32,000 nucleotides of DNA from Candidatus Methylomirabilis oxygeniifera (GCA_000091165.1 FP565575.1:330001-362000); one strand, 5' to 3'; positions 17,647 through 27,429 are shown, numbered from the stretch's first letter. Notes: generated by a model not told the origin, from the letters alone. A program made the numbers and translations.

Positions 17647-19527
17647 TCAGTCCCGCGTAGTAGGCGAGCGGGTGATGGGGGGCGCGGGCGAAGTGCCGCC
17701 TGTGGAGGCGGCTTCATGCTGACGGATGCAGGCCAGAAAGCGCTGGCCGAGATCCTGGAGTTTGCGCTGGCCGACCCCCTTGATCTGCAGGAAGGCGTCC
17801 TCGGTGGTGGGGCGTTCTTGCGCCATCTCACGCAGGCTGGCGTCGCTGAAGATGAGGTAGGGTGGGATGCCCCGCTCTTGGGCCATGGTTCGACGGAGGA
17901 CGCGGAGCGTCTCGAACAGGTCCTCATCGCTCGTTCGGTCCAGGCCCGGCGACACGGCCCGGCGCGCGAGCCTGGACGGCGCCTCACGCGAGGGTCTGCC
18001 GACCGTCCGGAGAAGCGGCGCTTCATCTTCTCCCCGAAGGACCCGATGACCCTGTGCGGTTACGTCGAGTGTCGGGTACTCGCCCTCGCCACGTGCGAGA
18101 AACTCCTGTCCCTCGAGTTGCTCAATCCAGTTCCGCACCGTCGCCTTCGGATACTGTCGCAGCACGCCGTAGGTATCCAGCCGACTGTGACGCATCCTCG
18201 CGATCCGGGCGGTTTCGGCCCCACGCAGGACGTCCGTCACGTAGTCGGCGCCGAATCGCTCTCCCATCTCTGTAACGCAGGCGAGGATCTGTCGCGCCAG
18301 CGTCGCCGAGCCGTCCTCAACGGCTACCTCGCCGAGGCAGATATCGCAGGCCCCGCACGTGTCCGTGCGGTATGCCTGGCCGAAGTAGTTCACGAGAAAG
18401 CGGTGCCGACAGGCGGCGCCCTGGCAGTAGTTGTACATCTCACTGAGCTTCGGCAGGGCGCCAGGCGCCGGCAGCCCCTCCGCCATCAGGATGGACCGCC
18501 ACAGGCCGAAGTCGCCGCCGGAGTAGAGCAGCAGGCACTCCGACGGCAGACCGTCGCGCCCGGCCCGGCCCGCCTCCTGCTGGTAGTGCTCGATGGACTT
18601 GGGCATTCCGGCGTGGATGACGTAGCGCACGTCGGACCGGTCAATGCCCATCCCGAACGCCACCGTGGCCACCACGACATCCGCCCGTTCCGCAATGAAG
18701 TCGTCCTGGGTGCGCCGTCGTTCGGCGTCGGCCAACCCGGCGTGATACGCCACTGCCCGATATCCCCGCCGTCGCAACGCATCGGTGAGCTGGTCCACCT
18801 CTGCCCGGCGGATGCAGTAGATGATCCCGGCCGTTCCCCGGTGCCGCTCCAACGCTTCCGTGACCTGTTGCAGCCGATCCGTGCGCCGGCGCACGCGGTA
18901 GACCAGGTTCGGGCGGTCGAAACTCCCAACCAGGATCTCGGGTTCCCGCAGCGCCAACTCCGTGGCGATGTCCGCCCGCACTCGTGGCGTGGCCGTGGCG
19001 GTGAAGGCATGGATGGCCACATCCGGAAAGGCCTCTCGTACCACCTTGAGCTGCCGATACTCCGGCCGGAAGTCGTGCCCCCACTGGCTGATACAGTGCG
19101 CCTCGTCGATCGCGAAGAATGCCACTCCGGCTTGCTTCAGCAACCTCAGGCAGGGAGGAAACACCAGCCGCTCTGGGGCCACGTACAGGAGGTGATACCG
19201 CCCGTTGGCCACGTTCCCTTCCACCAGCCGTCGCTCGTTCGGCGTCAGGCTGCTGTTCAGGAAGGCGGCCGGTACCCCGGCGGTCGTGAGTCCGTCCACC
19301 TGGTCCTTCATGAGGGCAATGAGGGGCGACACCACCACGGCCAGCTTCCCCATCGCCGCCGCAGGCGCCTGATAGCAGAGCGACTTTCCGCCTCCCGTCG
19401 GTAGGATGACGATGGAGTCCCGCCGCGCCAGTACGGCCCCTATGGCCTCTTCCTGCAATGGAAGGAGCGCGTCGTAGCCCCACACGCGCTTTACGGTGTG
19501 CCTGATGTTCTCCACTCGTTCCCCCAC
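17647..19527 (-). CDS. recQ: ATP-dependent DNA helicase RecQ
   Basis: SIVILPTGGGKSLCYQAPA, FAIDEAHCISQWGHDFRPEY, VHAFTATATPRVRADI, HRC C4 region, HRDC domain. Confidence 0.96.
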   Translation of the reverse strand: MGERVENIRHTVKRVWGYDALLPLQEEAIGAVLARRDSIVILPTGGGKSLCYQAPAAAMGKLAVVVSPLIALMKDQVDGLTTAGVPAAFLNSSLTPNERRLVEGNVANGRYHLLYVAPERLVFPPCLRLLKQAGVAFFAIDEAHCISQWGHDFRPEYRQLKVVREAFPDVAIHAFTATATPRVRADIATELALREPEILVGSFDRPNLVYRVRRRTDRLQQVTEALERHRGTAGIIYCIRRAEVDQLTDALRRRGYRAVAYHAGLADAERRRTQDDFIAERADVVVATVAFGMGIDRSDVRYVIHAGMPKSIEHYQQEAGRAGRDGLPSECLLLYSGGDFGLWRSILMAEGLPAPGALPKLSEMYNYCQGAACRHRFLVNYFGQAYRTDTCGACDICLGEVAVEDGSATLARQILACVTEMGERFGADYVTDVLRGAETARIARMRHSRLDTYGVLRQYPKATVRNWIEQLEGQEFLARGEGEYPTLDVTAQGHRVLRGEDEAPLLRTVGRPSREAPSRLARRAVSPGLDRTSDEDLFETLRVLRRTMAQERGIPPYLIFSDASLREMAQERPTTEDAFLQIKGVGQRKLQDLGQRFLACIRQHEAASTGGTSPAPPITRSPTTRD

Positions 19528-19544
19528 CTTTTCTGTTCTGGCCC

Positions 19545-19655
19545 GTCATTCCGTGCCTGACACGCCTGCCCCGTACCGGATACTGGGGAATCCAGTCGGG
19601 CCTTCTGGATACCGGCGCCCGCCCCGGACTCCGATCCGGGGTCTGCCGGTATGAC
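19545..19655. repeat. dispersed repeat remnant
   Basis: cccgtcattccgtgcc...gaatccagtcgggccttctggataccggc...gccggtatgacgaa, self-complementary ends. Confidence 0.55.
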
Positions 19656-19918
19656 GAACTCGCGGCAAGCCGCGGACAATGAACCTCCAGTAGATCCAAC
19701 GAGCACAAAACTCTTTACTATAGGACGGGTCAGATGTTTATACCAGAATCCTTTTTATAATGACAGGCCACTGAGCGGGTTGCGCTGTGAATCCATTCTC
19801 GGGGGGACGCTTCAGGTTGACGTGAAGGGACCTTTGTGTCTACCATAAGGGTGATCCAGCTTTGACTTGGACCAGAGATTGAACCATCATGGGTATAAAG
19901 CCCCACAGAAAGGAATAC

Positions 19919-20512
19919 ATGCTCACGATTACTGAATCGGCAAAAAAGAAGATCCTTGAGCTGATGGAGGCCGAGGGCCAGCCAGGTATAGGGGTGCGTG
20001 TCGTGGTGACAGGGGGAGGCCCTGGAAGCTTTCGCTATGGACTAGGGTTTATGGCCGAAAAGGACAAAGGGGCGGACGATACGGTGATCGACGCTGACGG
20101 CTTCAAGGTCTACGTCGATGCTGAGAGCGCGCCCAAACTCCAGGGCGCTACCGTAGACTTCATCGAGGGGGTCAACCAGAGCGGTTTCAAGATCGACAAT
20201 CCGAACTCCGGGTGGACGGACCCTGTCGCGGCGGCTGTCCAGCGGGTGATCGACGCCCGGATCAATCCTGGCGTGGCGGCTCACGGCGGATACGTGACAC
20301 TGCTGGACGTCAAGGATGGCATCGCCTACATTACGTTCGGAGGCGGGTGCCACGGCTGCGGGATGGCCGATGTGACACTGAAGCAGGGGGTCGCTGTGGA
20401 GATCCAGAAGGCGGTCCCGGAGATCCACCAGGTCCTCGATACGACCGACCATGCGGGCGGCACCAACCCGTATTACCAGGCGCCCAAGGGTGGCGACTCT
20501 CCCCTGGTCTAA
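19919..20512 (+). CDS. nfuA: NfuA-type Fe-S scaffold (HesB-like + NifU-like domains)
   Basis: LTITESAKKKILELM... N-terminal and NPGVAAHGGYVTLLDVKDGIAYITFGGGCHGCGMADVTLKQGV. Confidence 0.93.
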   Translation: MLTITESAKKKILELMEAEGQPGIGVRVVVTGGGPGSFRYGLGFMAEKDKGADDTVIDADGFKVYVDAESAPKLQGATVDFIEGVNQSGFKIDNPNSGWTDPVAAAVQRVIDARINPGVAAHGGYVTLLDVKDGIAYITFGGGCHGCGMADVTLKQGVAVEIQKAVPEIHQVLDTTDHAGGTNPYYQAPKGGDSPLV

Positions 20513-20525
20513 GGAAGCTGAGCCG

Positions 20526-20846
20526 ATGAAGGTCGATCTAACATCACTCATGGCGGAGTTAAAGGAAGGGCTCCAGACGCTCTACGGCGATCGCCTGAAG
20601 GGCCTGTATCTGTTCGGCTCCTATGCTCGCCATGAGGCTGATGAAGAGTCCGATGTGGATGTGCTGGTCGTCCTGGATCGCGTAGACAACTATTCCCAGG
20701 AAATCGATCGGACCGGCCAAATGGTTTCGGTCCTCTCCTTGGAGCACGGGGTCACTATCAGCCGGGTCTTCGCGACTGAGCAGCGGTGGTTAGAAGATCA
20801 GACGATGTTCTTCTTGAATGTCCGGGAAGAGGCCGTCCCGGTATGA
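20526..20846 (+). CDS. MNT-family nucleotidyltransferase (MNT/HEPN pair)
   Basis: LKGLYLFGSYARHEADEESDVDVLVVLD; overlaps next start (ATGA). Confidence 0.9.
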   Translation: MKVDLTSLMAELKEGLQTLYGDRLKGLYLFGSYARHEADEESDVDVLVVLDRVDNYSQEIDRTGQMVSVLSLEHGVTISRVFATEQRWLEDQTMFFLNVREEAVPV

Positions 20847-20981
20847 AGGAAGAGGCCCGGACACTCCTTGAGAAGGGTTACCGCGCCTTGCACGCTGCGG
20901 AGACGCTTCCCTCTGTGCCAATAATAGTGAGACACCTGCCCCCCTGTAAATTAGAGTAGAGGGTAGGGAGGAACACACATC

Positions 20982-21485
20982 ATGAGAACTGGACCGATCA
21001 CAGCTTCCCAGGGCAGCGCAGTCGCCCGCCGAGTCCCCGCACGTCCGTGGCCTGGCACCGCACGCCCCGCCGAGCCGCAGCGGGTGGTCCCAGCAGTCCC
21101 ACCCGATCCCGAGGTGCCCACAAAGCCGGCACGACGACGGTTCACCGCAGCCGAGAAGCTCCGCATCTTGAGACTCGCCGATGCCTGCACGGTGTCGGGG
21201 AGCCTGGGGGCGCTCTTACGCAAGGAGGGGCTGTACTCGTCGAACCTCACCACCTGGCGCCGACAGCGGGACGCGGGCACCCTGTCCGCCCTCACGCCCC
21301 AGAAGCGGGGCCGCAAACCGTCGATCCGCAGTCCACTCGCCCAGGAGCATGAGCAGCTTCGTCGGGAGAACGAACGGCTGACGCGGCGGCTCCGACAGGC
21401 CGAGCTCATCATTGATGTTCAAAAAAAAGTTTCGCAGATCCTGGGGATCCCCCTGGCGACCTCCGAGGCAGGAGGCAGCGACTGA
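20982..21485 (+). CDS. IS3-family transposase OrfA
   Basis: RRRFTAAEKLRILRLADACTVSGSLGALLRKEGLYSSNLTTWRRQRDAG. Confidence 0.92.
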   Translation: MRTGPITASQGSAVARRVPARPWPGTARPAEPQRVVPAVPPDPEVPTKPARRRFTAAEKLRILRLADACTVSGSLGALLRKEGLYSSNLTTWRRQRDAGTLSALTPQKRGRKPSIRSPLAQEHEQLRRENERLTRRLRQAELIIDVQKKVSQILGIPLATSEAGGSD

Positions 21486-22489
21486 TGGGCGCCGCGCAGA
21501 CTCTGGCCTCCGAGGTAGGGATCAAACCGGCCTGCGACGCGTTCGGCACTTCTCGTGCCGGCTTCTACCGCGCCCAGACACGAACGCACGCTCCGATGGT
21601 GGAGCCAACGAGGCGCCCCAGCCCTCCACGGGCGCTGTCCGCCGATGAACGGCAGGGCGTGCTCGACCTGCTGCACGCCGACCGGTTTGCCGACCAGGCG
21701 CCCCATGAGGTCTATGCGACCCTCCTGGACGAAGGCGACTACCGCTGCTCCATCCGCACCATGTACCGACTCCTCAACGACCACACCGAGGTCAAAGAAC
21801 GCCGGAACCAGTTGCGCCATCCGGTATATCAGAAACCGGAACTGCTGGCCACGGCCCCGAACCAGGTCTGGTCGTGGGACATTACGAAGCTCCTCAGCCC
21901 GGTGACGTGGTCCTACTTCTACCTCTATGTGATCCTGGACATTTTCAGCCGGTACGTCGTCGGCTGGATGGTCGCCTTGGCGGAATCGGCCGCCTTGGCC
22001 GAACGACTCATCCGTGAGACCTGCGCCAAACAGGGGATCGACAAAGGGCAGCTCACGATCCATGCGGACCGGGGCTCCTCCATGACCTCCAAGCCCGTGG
22101 CGTTCCTGTTGGCCGATCTGGGCGTCACCAAAACCCACAGCCGGCCGCATACGAGTGATGACAACCCGTACTCGGAAAGTCAGTTCAAGACCCTCAAGTA
22201 CCGACCGGACTTCCCGGAACGGTTCGGGTGCATCGAGGATGCCCGGGGCTTCTGTCAGGACTTCTTCACCTGGTATAACACCGCGCATCGGCATACGGGC
22301 ATTGGTCTCCTGACACCGGAGGTCCTGCACTACGGCTTGGCGGACGAGGTCCGCGCGGCTCGCGCCGCGATCCTGCAGGCCGCCTATGAAACCCATCCGG
22401 AGCGGTTCGTCCGCAAGGTGCCGGTTCCCCCGGCGCTTCCGGAGGCCGCGTGGATTAACAAACCGAAGCCGATGGATACCGAGCGATGA
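21485..22489 (+). CDS. IS3-family transposase OrfB (integrase core)
   Basis: VWSWDITKLLSPVTWSYFYLYVILDIFSRYVVGWMV...HADRGSSMTSKPVAFLLADLGVTKTHSRPHTSDDNPYSES. Confidence 0.95.
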   Translation: MGAAQTLASEVGIKPACDAFGTSRAGFYRAQTRTHAPMVEPTRRPSPPRALSADERQGVLDLLHADRFADQAPHEVYATLLDEGDYRCSIRTMYRLLNDHTEVKERRNQLRHPVYQKPELLATAPNQVWSWDITKLLSPVTWSYFYLYVILDIFSRYVVGWMVALAESAALAERLIRETCAKQGIDKGQLTIHADRGSSMTSKPVAFLLADLGVTKTHSRPHTSDDNPYSESQFKTLKYRPDFPERFGCIEDARGFCQDFFTWYNTAHRHTGIGLLTPEVLHYGLADEVRAARAAILQAAYETHPERFVRKVPVPPALPEAAWINKPKPMDTER

Positions 22490-22896
22490 GGCGCGACACT
22501 AAATTCGGACACCAGGTGTCTCAAAATCATTGACACATTCCGCTTCTTCGCGATGACGATTACGAATTTGCGGCTGGTCGAGCCTATTATGCAATGTTGC
22601 ACGCGGCTCAGGCTTTGCTGCGAGAGCATGACCTGAGGTATCGCAAACACACGAGCGTACACGCAGCATTCGGGCAGCACTTTGCCAAGACTGGCCGACT
22701 CGATCCAAAATTTCACGGTTGGCTGCTGGATGCCTTTGATGACCGGACCCATGGTGACTACGATGCCGATGTTTCGTTCGATCGGGAGTCCATCGCAATG
22801 CGGATCGAGCAGGCCAGAGAGTTTCTGGCAATCGCCAGGCAGTGCCTGGAAGGGAGCACATGACCAGCGACCCGCAGGTTGATCGAAGACTTCTTG

Positions 22897-23595
22897 TTAA
22901 TTGGGTCGGTCGGCGGTCGAGGTGGCCAGCACCGTTTTGATGTCGTTCACCATGATCTGTGGTACCAGCGACCCTGCGCTGTAGATGTTGCGCACATTCC
23001 CAGCCTGGTCCAGCAGGAAGACCTTGAGGACGTGACGGTATCGGCCGGTGAAACGGCCGCTCTCATCGTAGACCTTCACCCGATCCTGCCCGTAACTTTC
23101 CAGCACTGTCCGGAGCGCCTGTTCTGAAGGCGCAGTCAGTAGATGCCACAGCGATGGCTCCGCCCCGAAGACCCGTCCGTATTTCGCAAGCTGTTTTGGC
23201 GTATCCTGCCCGGGATCCAGGCTGATAGAAACAAGCACGGCCTGGTCCTGGAGACCCTCGCGTCGCAGCAGCGCCTGAAGCTCCCGAAGCGCCATGCCGG
23301 CCAGAGGGCAACCGAGCCGGTCGGAGCAGGCCGTATAGATGAAGCTGACGACCGCCACCTTGCCGTGCATAAGGGACGCCGTGTTGACACGCCGCCCGGC
23401 GGTATCGATCAGGATGACCGGCGGCACGCGCATGATAATCGGTAGATCGTAAGTACCGGCGGGCGGCGGGGTAAAGTTGGGCGAGAAGACGCCCTGAATA
23501 TACGTCTCCTCCAATTCCAGGATTTGGTGACCGTCGGCTGCGCGGAAATCCATCGTGAGAATGGCTGCCGCAACCCAGATACCAGTCGGTATCAA
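22897..23595 (-). CDS. SCO1/SenC-family protein
   Basis: GKVAVVSFIYTACSDRLGCPLAGMALRELQ...VSISLDPGQDTPKQLAKY; start uncertain (possible TTG at 23595; ORF open to 23808 through repeat DNA). Confidence 0.8.
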   Translation of the reverse strand: MIPTGIWVAAAILTMDFRAADGHQILELEETYIQGVFSPNFTPPPAGTYDLPIIMRVPPVILIDTAGRRVNTASLMHGKVAVVSFIYTACSDRLGCPLAGMALRELQALLRREGLQDQAVLVSISLDPGQDTPKQLAKYGRVFGAEPSLWHLLTAPSEQALRTVLESYGQDRVKVYDESGRFTGRYRHVLKVFLLDQAGNVRNIYSAGSLVPQIMVNDIKTVLATSTADRPN

Positions 23596-23618
23596 CCAGT
23601 ACCGCCTGCGCCGGTTGC

Positions 23619-23792
23619 TGTCATTGCGAGCGACCGAAGGGAGCGCGGCAATCCGACACGCAGTGTCGTTGCGAGGCAAAGCCGAAGCAATCTTCTGCGA
23701 GATCCCTCCTTGCACTCGGGATGACCCTTTGGGCCAGATTGCTTCGGTCCCCTTTGCTTCGCTCTGGGTCCCTCGCAATGACCCCAAGAGAC
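23619..23792. repeat. cluster of dispersed short repeats (two direct, one inverted)
   Basis: tgtcattgcgagcgaccgaagggagcgcggcaatccg, tgtcgttgcgaggcaaagccgaagcaatctt, agattgcttcggtccc...cctcgcaatgac. Confidence 0.8.
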
Positions 23793-23810
23793 TTTCCGGG
23801 TAACGCATGG

Positions 23811-25061
23811 CTACTCACCCTTGGTGCGCAGCCCCTTACTTCCGAAGTTCATGAGGTGAGCCCGTCCCACCGAGTTGAAGTCGGTCGTAAACTTGTGCGC
23901 GAGCTTCCCGTTCTCCCACGCATAGGCCTTCAGCCAGTAGTCCCCCGGCTTATCCCATTTCGAGAGGAGCGAGTTGGTGACGTAGAGGCGTGTGCCATCC
24001 CACGATTCGGAGACCATATTGGCCATCTCACCCACCTTCACCTGTTCGATCAGCTTCGGTTTGAAGGGATTGGCGATATCATAGACTCGCAGCCTCCCGT
24101 CCATGAACGACGCCACGTACAGCTTGCTGTCGTCCGGTGCGATGCTGATATCGACGGGGAGGGTATCGCCGAGGTCGGCGACGGACTTGGCGGCCCAGGT
24201 ACCATCCTCCTGCTGGTGGATGAGGACAAGCTGGTGGGCCAGCGCCGTCGCTGTAAAGGCGTAATAGTGGTTCGGCTGGAGTGCCCAGCGCAGCTCCAAC
24301 GGTGCGCCGGGGACTTGCAGGACCTGTAGCGGCTTGCGGGCATGGAAGTCCCACACGACGACTGTATCGCCGAACTCCTTCATCGCCTCCGCGTCTTTGA
24401 TCAACTCGCCGAGCGGCCGCATGAAGTTTTTCTTGCCGGTGAAGGAGGAGGTCAGCATCCGGTTCAGATTGATGTTGACCCGCACATCATAGCCATAGGG
24501 CGCCTCCTTCGGCATCCAGATCGTTCGGATAAAACGCCCTTCGTTGGAGTACTCCGCGAGCCCTGTCCTGCCTGAACTGTCGTTCGCGTTCGAGAGTGCT
24601 GTAATCAACATCCGTCCCGGCAGGGCATAGAAGGTGTGGGGACCGACAAGACCGCCCGTGTCTTTCACAAAACTTGTAATCGTTTTGACCAGCTTGGGCC
24701 TGGCTGGATCTGAGGCAACATCGAAGATGAAGATGTGGCTGTCGTCCAGACCTCCCGCCCACAGATACCGCCGATCGTCGGTAAATCCGGCATGGTGGGC
24801 CTCATGCCGCCCAGGGACAGACACCCGATGGATAATCTGCCCGTAGGTCTTGGACTTGGGATGTACGTCAACGGTGACGAGGCTATCGTTGCCGTCGCCC
24901 ACCCCCTTGATTCCCAGCGTCCAGACATAGACATAGTCCTCCTGCCCGGTCACCTTTGGGAGGAACGGTGACTGGCAGGTCTCATCGGCGAAGGCAGGGC
25001 CACCCATCAGCATCACGGCCACGAGCCACAGCATTCCTGTCAGGCGAGATAGTGTTTTCAT
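23811..25061 (-). CDS. SBP56 / methanethiol oxidase family protein with signal peptide
   Basis: MKTLSRLTGMLWLVAVMLMGGPAFA then YVYVWTLGIKGVGDGNDSLVTVDV...HEAHHAGFTDDRRYLWAGGLDDSHIFIFDV. Confidence 0.92.
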   Translation of the reverse strand: MKTLSRLTGMLWLVAVMLMGGPAFADETCQSPFLPKVTGQEDYVYVWTLGIKGVGDGNDSLVTVDVHPKSKTYGQIIHRVSVPGRHEAHHAGFTDDRRYLWAGGLDDSHIFIFDVASDPARPKLVKTITSFVKDTGGLVGPHTFYALPGRMLITALSNANDSSGRTGLAEYSNEGRFIRTIWMPKEAPYGYDVRVNINLNRMLTSSFTGKKNFMRPLGELIKDAEAMKEFGDTVVVWDFHARKPLQVLQVPGAPLELRWALQPNHYYAFTATALAHQLVLIHQQEDGTWAAKSVADLGDTLPVDISIAPDDSKLYVASFMDGRLRVYDIANPFKPKLIEQVKVGEMANMVSESWDGTRLYVTNSLLSKWDKPGDYWLKAYAWENGKLAHKFTTDFNSVGRAHLMNFGSKGLRTKGE

Positions 25062-25371
25062 GCTCGTTCCTCTCTATCGGCGTTTGTGGATTGTCGCAAC
25101 CCAGGCGTATTCTTTCATACCCCACCAACTCGGGTCAAGCCACGCTTCCGCCTTTGGCTACCTCAGGCAATCTCACCAATCATTCTCTTTCTCTTTACAA
25201 CTCCTTGACGCTTCAGGCCTCGATTTTAACGGCCTTTTGATTTGACGCGACGAGACCTCGATAGTACGTTGACTATGAAGGGTCGTGCTGCGCAACCTGT
25301 CGCCTCACCAGGCGGGGTCACGGCAGGCCCACCGACCCTCAAGGACGTTGACTACGAACTGAGAATTAGCC

Positions 25372-27312
25372 ATGCCTATTATCGACGAAGAGACCGAGCT
25401 CAACGTATTTGAGCGGGTCGCAGAGTACCAGCCCGCTCCCTCGTGGCGTACCTGGCTCTTTGGCCGCCCGCTACAGAGCGCAGATGCGCCGCATCAAACC
25501 ATCGGCAAGACGGTCGGCCTGGCTGTATTCGCCTCTGACGCGCTCTCGTCTACCGCCTATGCGACGGACGAAATTCTGTTTGTTCTGGCCGCGGTAGGGA
25601 TTGCGGCCTTCGCGTATGCCCTTCCAATCTCGCTGGCCATTGTCGCGTTGCTCACAATCCTCACCCTCTCGTATGAACAGACCATCCACGCCTATCCGGG
25701 CGGCGGAGGCGCGTACATTGTGGCTCGTGACAATCTGGGCGAGCTCCCGGCCCAAACGGCGGGTGCGGCGCTCCTCACGGATTACATCCTCACGGTATCC
25801 GTCTCTGTCGCGTCGGGTGTGGCCCAGCTCACCTCTGCCTACCCGTTCCTCATTCCCTATCGGGTGGTATTGTCGGTCGGGTTCATCCTCTTCATCATGC
25901 TGATTAACCTGCGCGGCGTCAGGGAATCGGGCGTCACCTTCTCCATCCCTACGTACTTCTTCCTCGCGATGATGTTCTCGACCGTCGGGATCGGCTTCTA
26001 CCGCTACATGACAGGGAGCCTTGACGCGGTCGTCAATCCGCCGTCCCTGCGAGCCCCCGAGATGGCCTCGGTGTCGCTCTTCCTGATCCTCCATGCCTTT
26101 TCGAACGGTACCACTGCCGTTACGGGAGTGGAGGCTATCTCCAACGGCATTACGGCATTTAAGGAGCCGAGGAGCCGCAATGCTGGGATGACGCTGATCT
26201 GGATGTCGGCCGTCCTGGGCACGCTGTTCCTGGGCATCACCTTCCTGGCGGTCAAGGTCGGCGCCCTCCCTTCGGAACAAGAGACCGTGATCTCGCAACT
26301 GGCTCGCACAGTCTTCCAGGGGCAGGGGCTGCTCTACCTGGCCACCATTGCGGGCACGACCCTCATCCTGGTTATGGCCGCCAACACCGCCTTTGCGGAC
26401 TTCCCCCGACTCAGCGCCCTGCAGGCCGGTGACGGCTTTTTGCCTCGCCAACTCACCTACCGAGGCAGCCGGCTCGTTTTCTCGCGTGGCATTGTCGCCC
26501 TTGCCCTCATTGCCTCTCTCCTGATCGTGCTGTTCCAGGCCAGCGTGACCGCCTTGATCCCACTGTACGCCATCGGGGTGTTCCTCTCCTTTACGCTCTC
26601 GCAGGCCGGCATGGCCCGTCGCTGGTGGAAGGTCGGCCGCCTCGCGCCCGGCCAGGAGGTGCAGGAGCGCGGCTCGACGCTCCGTTATGATCCACGCTGG
26701 GCGCTGAAGATGGGAATCAACGGGTTCGGCTCGTTCTGCACGGCAGTCGTGATGCTGGTCTTCACCATCACCAAGTTCCGCGACGGAGCGTGGATTGTCG
26801 CCCTCCTTGTGCCCGCGATGGTTGTGGTGTTCTGGGCCATCCACCACCACTACCGAGACCTGGCCGCGCACCTGTCGTTGGAGGACTTCGGTCCGCCCCA
26901 GCGTATGTCGCGGCACAGGGTGATCATGCCCATCAGCGGCGTCCATCGCGGGACCGTTGCCGCGCTTCGCTACGCCCGATCACTCTCCGACGACATCACG
27001 GCGGTCTACGTCTCCATGGATCCGGCTGAAGCCGAGCGGGTGCGCAGCAAGTGGGAATGGTGGGGAGAGGGGGTCCGCCTCATGGTTCTCCATTCCCCCT
27101 ACCGGCTGTTCCTCGAACCTCTGGTTGGCTACATCGAGGAGATTGCGGCTCAGCGCCAACCCAATGAGACTATTACCATTGTTGTGCCGCAGTTCGTGCC
27201 TCGCCGACGGTGGCATAACCTTATGCATACGCAAGCAGCCATGTGGTTGCGGATGGCCTTACTCTTTAAACGCGGGGTTGTGGTGACCAACGTCCCCTAC
27301 CAGCTCGAGTAA
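25372..27312 (+). CDS. kimA: APC-superfamily permease, KimA-like potassium transporter
   Basis: LAVFASDALSSTAYATDEILFVLAA...AYPGGGGAYIVARDNLG...TDYILTVSVSVASGVAQLTSAYP; C-terminal SLSDDITAVYVSMDP...VVPQFVPRRRWHNLMHTQAAMWLR matches KimA layout. Confidence 0.82.
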   Translation: MPIIDEETELNVFERVAEYQPAPSWRTWLFGRPLQSADAPHQTIGKTVGLAVFASDALSSTAYATDEILFVLAAVGIAAFAYALPISLAIVALLTILTLSYEQTIHAYPGGGGAYIVARDNLGELPAQTAGAALLTDYILTVSVSVASGVAQLTSAYPFLIPYRVVLSVGFILFIMLINLRGVRESGVTFSIPTYFFLAMMFSTVGIGFYRYMTGSLDAVVNPPSLRAPEMASVSLFLILHAFSNGTTAVTGVEAISNGITAFKEPRSRNAGMTLIWMSAVLGTLFLGITFLAVKVGALPSEQETVISQLARTVFQGQGLLYLATIAGTTLILVMAANTAFADFPRLSALQAGDGFLPRQLTYRGSRLVFSRGIVALALIASLLIVLFQASVTALIPLYAIGVFLSFTLSQAGMARRWWKVGRLAPGQEVQERGSTLRYDPRWALKMGINGFGSFCTAVVMLVFTITKFRDGAWIVALLVPAMVVVFWAIHHHYRDLAAHLSLEDFGPPQRMSRHRVIMPISGVHRGTVAALRYARSLSDDITAVYVSMDPAEAERVRSKWEWWGEGVRLMVLHSPYRLFLEPLVGYIEEIAAQRQPNETITIVVPQFVPRRRWHNLMHTQAAMWLRMALLFKRGVVVTNVPYQLE

Positions 27313-27336
27313 TCACGGGGAGTCAGGAGGACCAAG

Positions 27337-27420
27337 GTGCTGGATCTCGTCTATGTGGGCGTGGCGATTGCCTGCTTCGCGCTTTCGTGGGCGCTGATCA
27401 GACTGTGTGAGCGCCTTTAG
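27337..27420 (+). CDS. 27-aa predicted membrane microprotein upstream of kdpF
   Basis: GTG start, (M)LDLVYVGVAIACFALSWALIRLCERL*; caggagg upstream; not in supplied ORF track. Confidence 0.65.
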   Translation: MLDLVYVGVAIACFALSWALIRLCERL

Positions 27421-27429
27421 GAGGTATTG

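Larger units (their letters stand above)
20928..22523 (+). mobile_element. IS3-family insertion sequence
   Basis: Ends TGAGACACCTG...AAATTAGAGT and, on the complement, TGAGACACCTGGTGTCCGAATTTAGTGT; two transposase ORFs between. Confidence 0.93.
20843..22863 (+). pseudogene. HEPN-domain protein disrupted by IS3-family insertion (5' part 20843-20927; 3' part approximately 22524-22863)
   Basis: 5' MKEEARTLLEKGYRALHAAETLPS; 3' DDDYEFAAGRAYYAMLHAAQALLREHDLRYRKHTSVHAAFGQHF. Confidence 0.87.

Noticed and set aside
17617-19404. 595-aa plus-strand ORF
   Set aside because: Exact antisense shadow of recQ in GC-rich DNA; low-complexity Arg/Pro/Gly-rich sequence with no recognisable domain.
21419-22396. 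325-aa minus-strand ORF
   Set aside because: Antisense to OrfB of the second IS3-family element.
25471-26946. 491-aa minus-strand ORF
   Set aside because: Antisense to the KimA-like gene; composition typical of a shadow frame.
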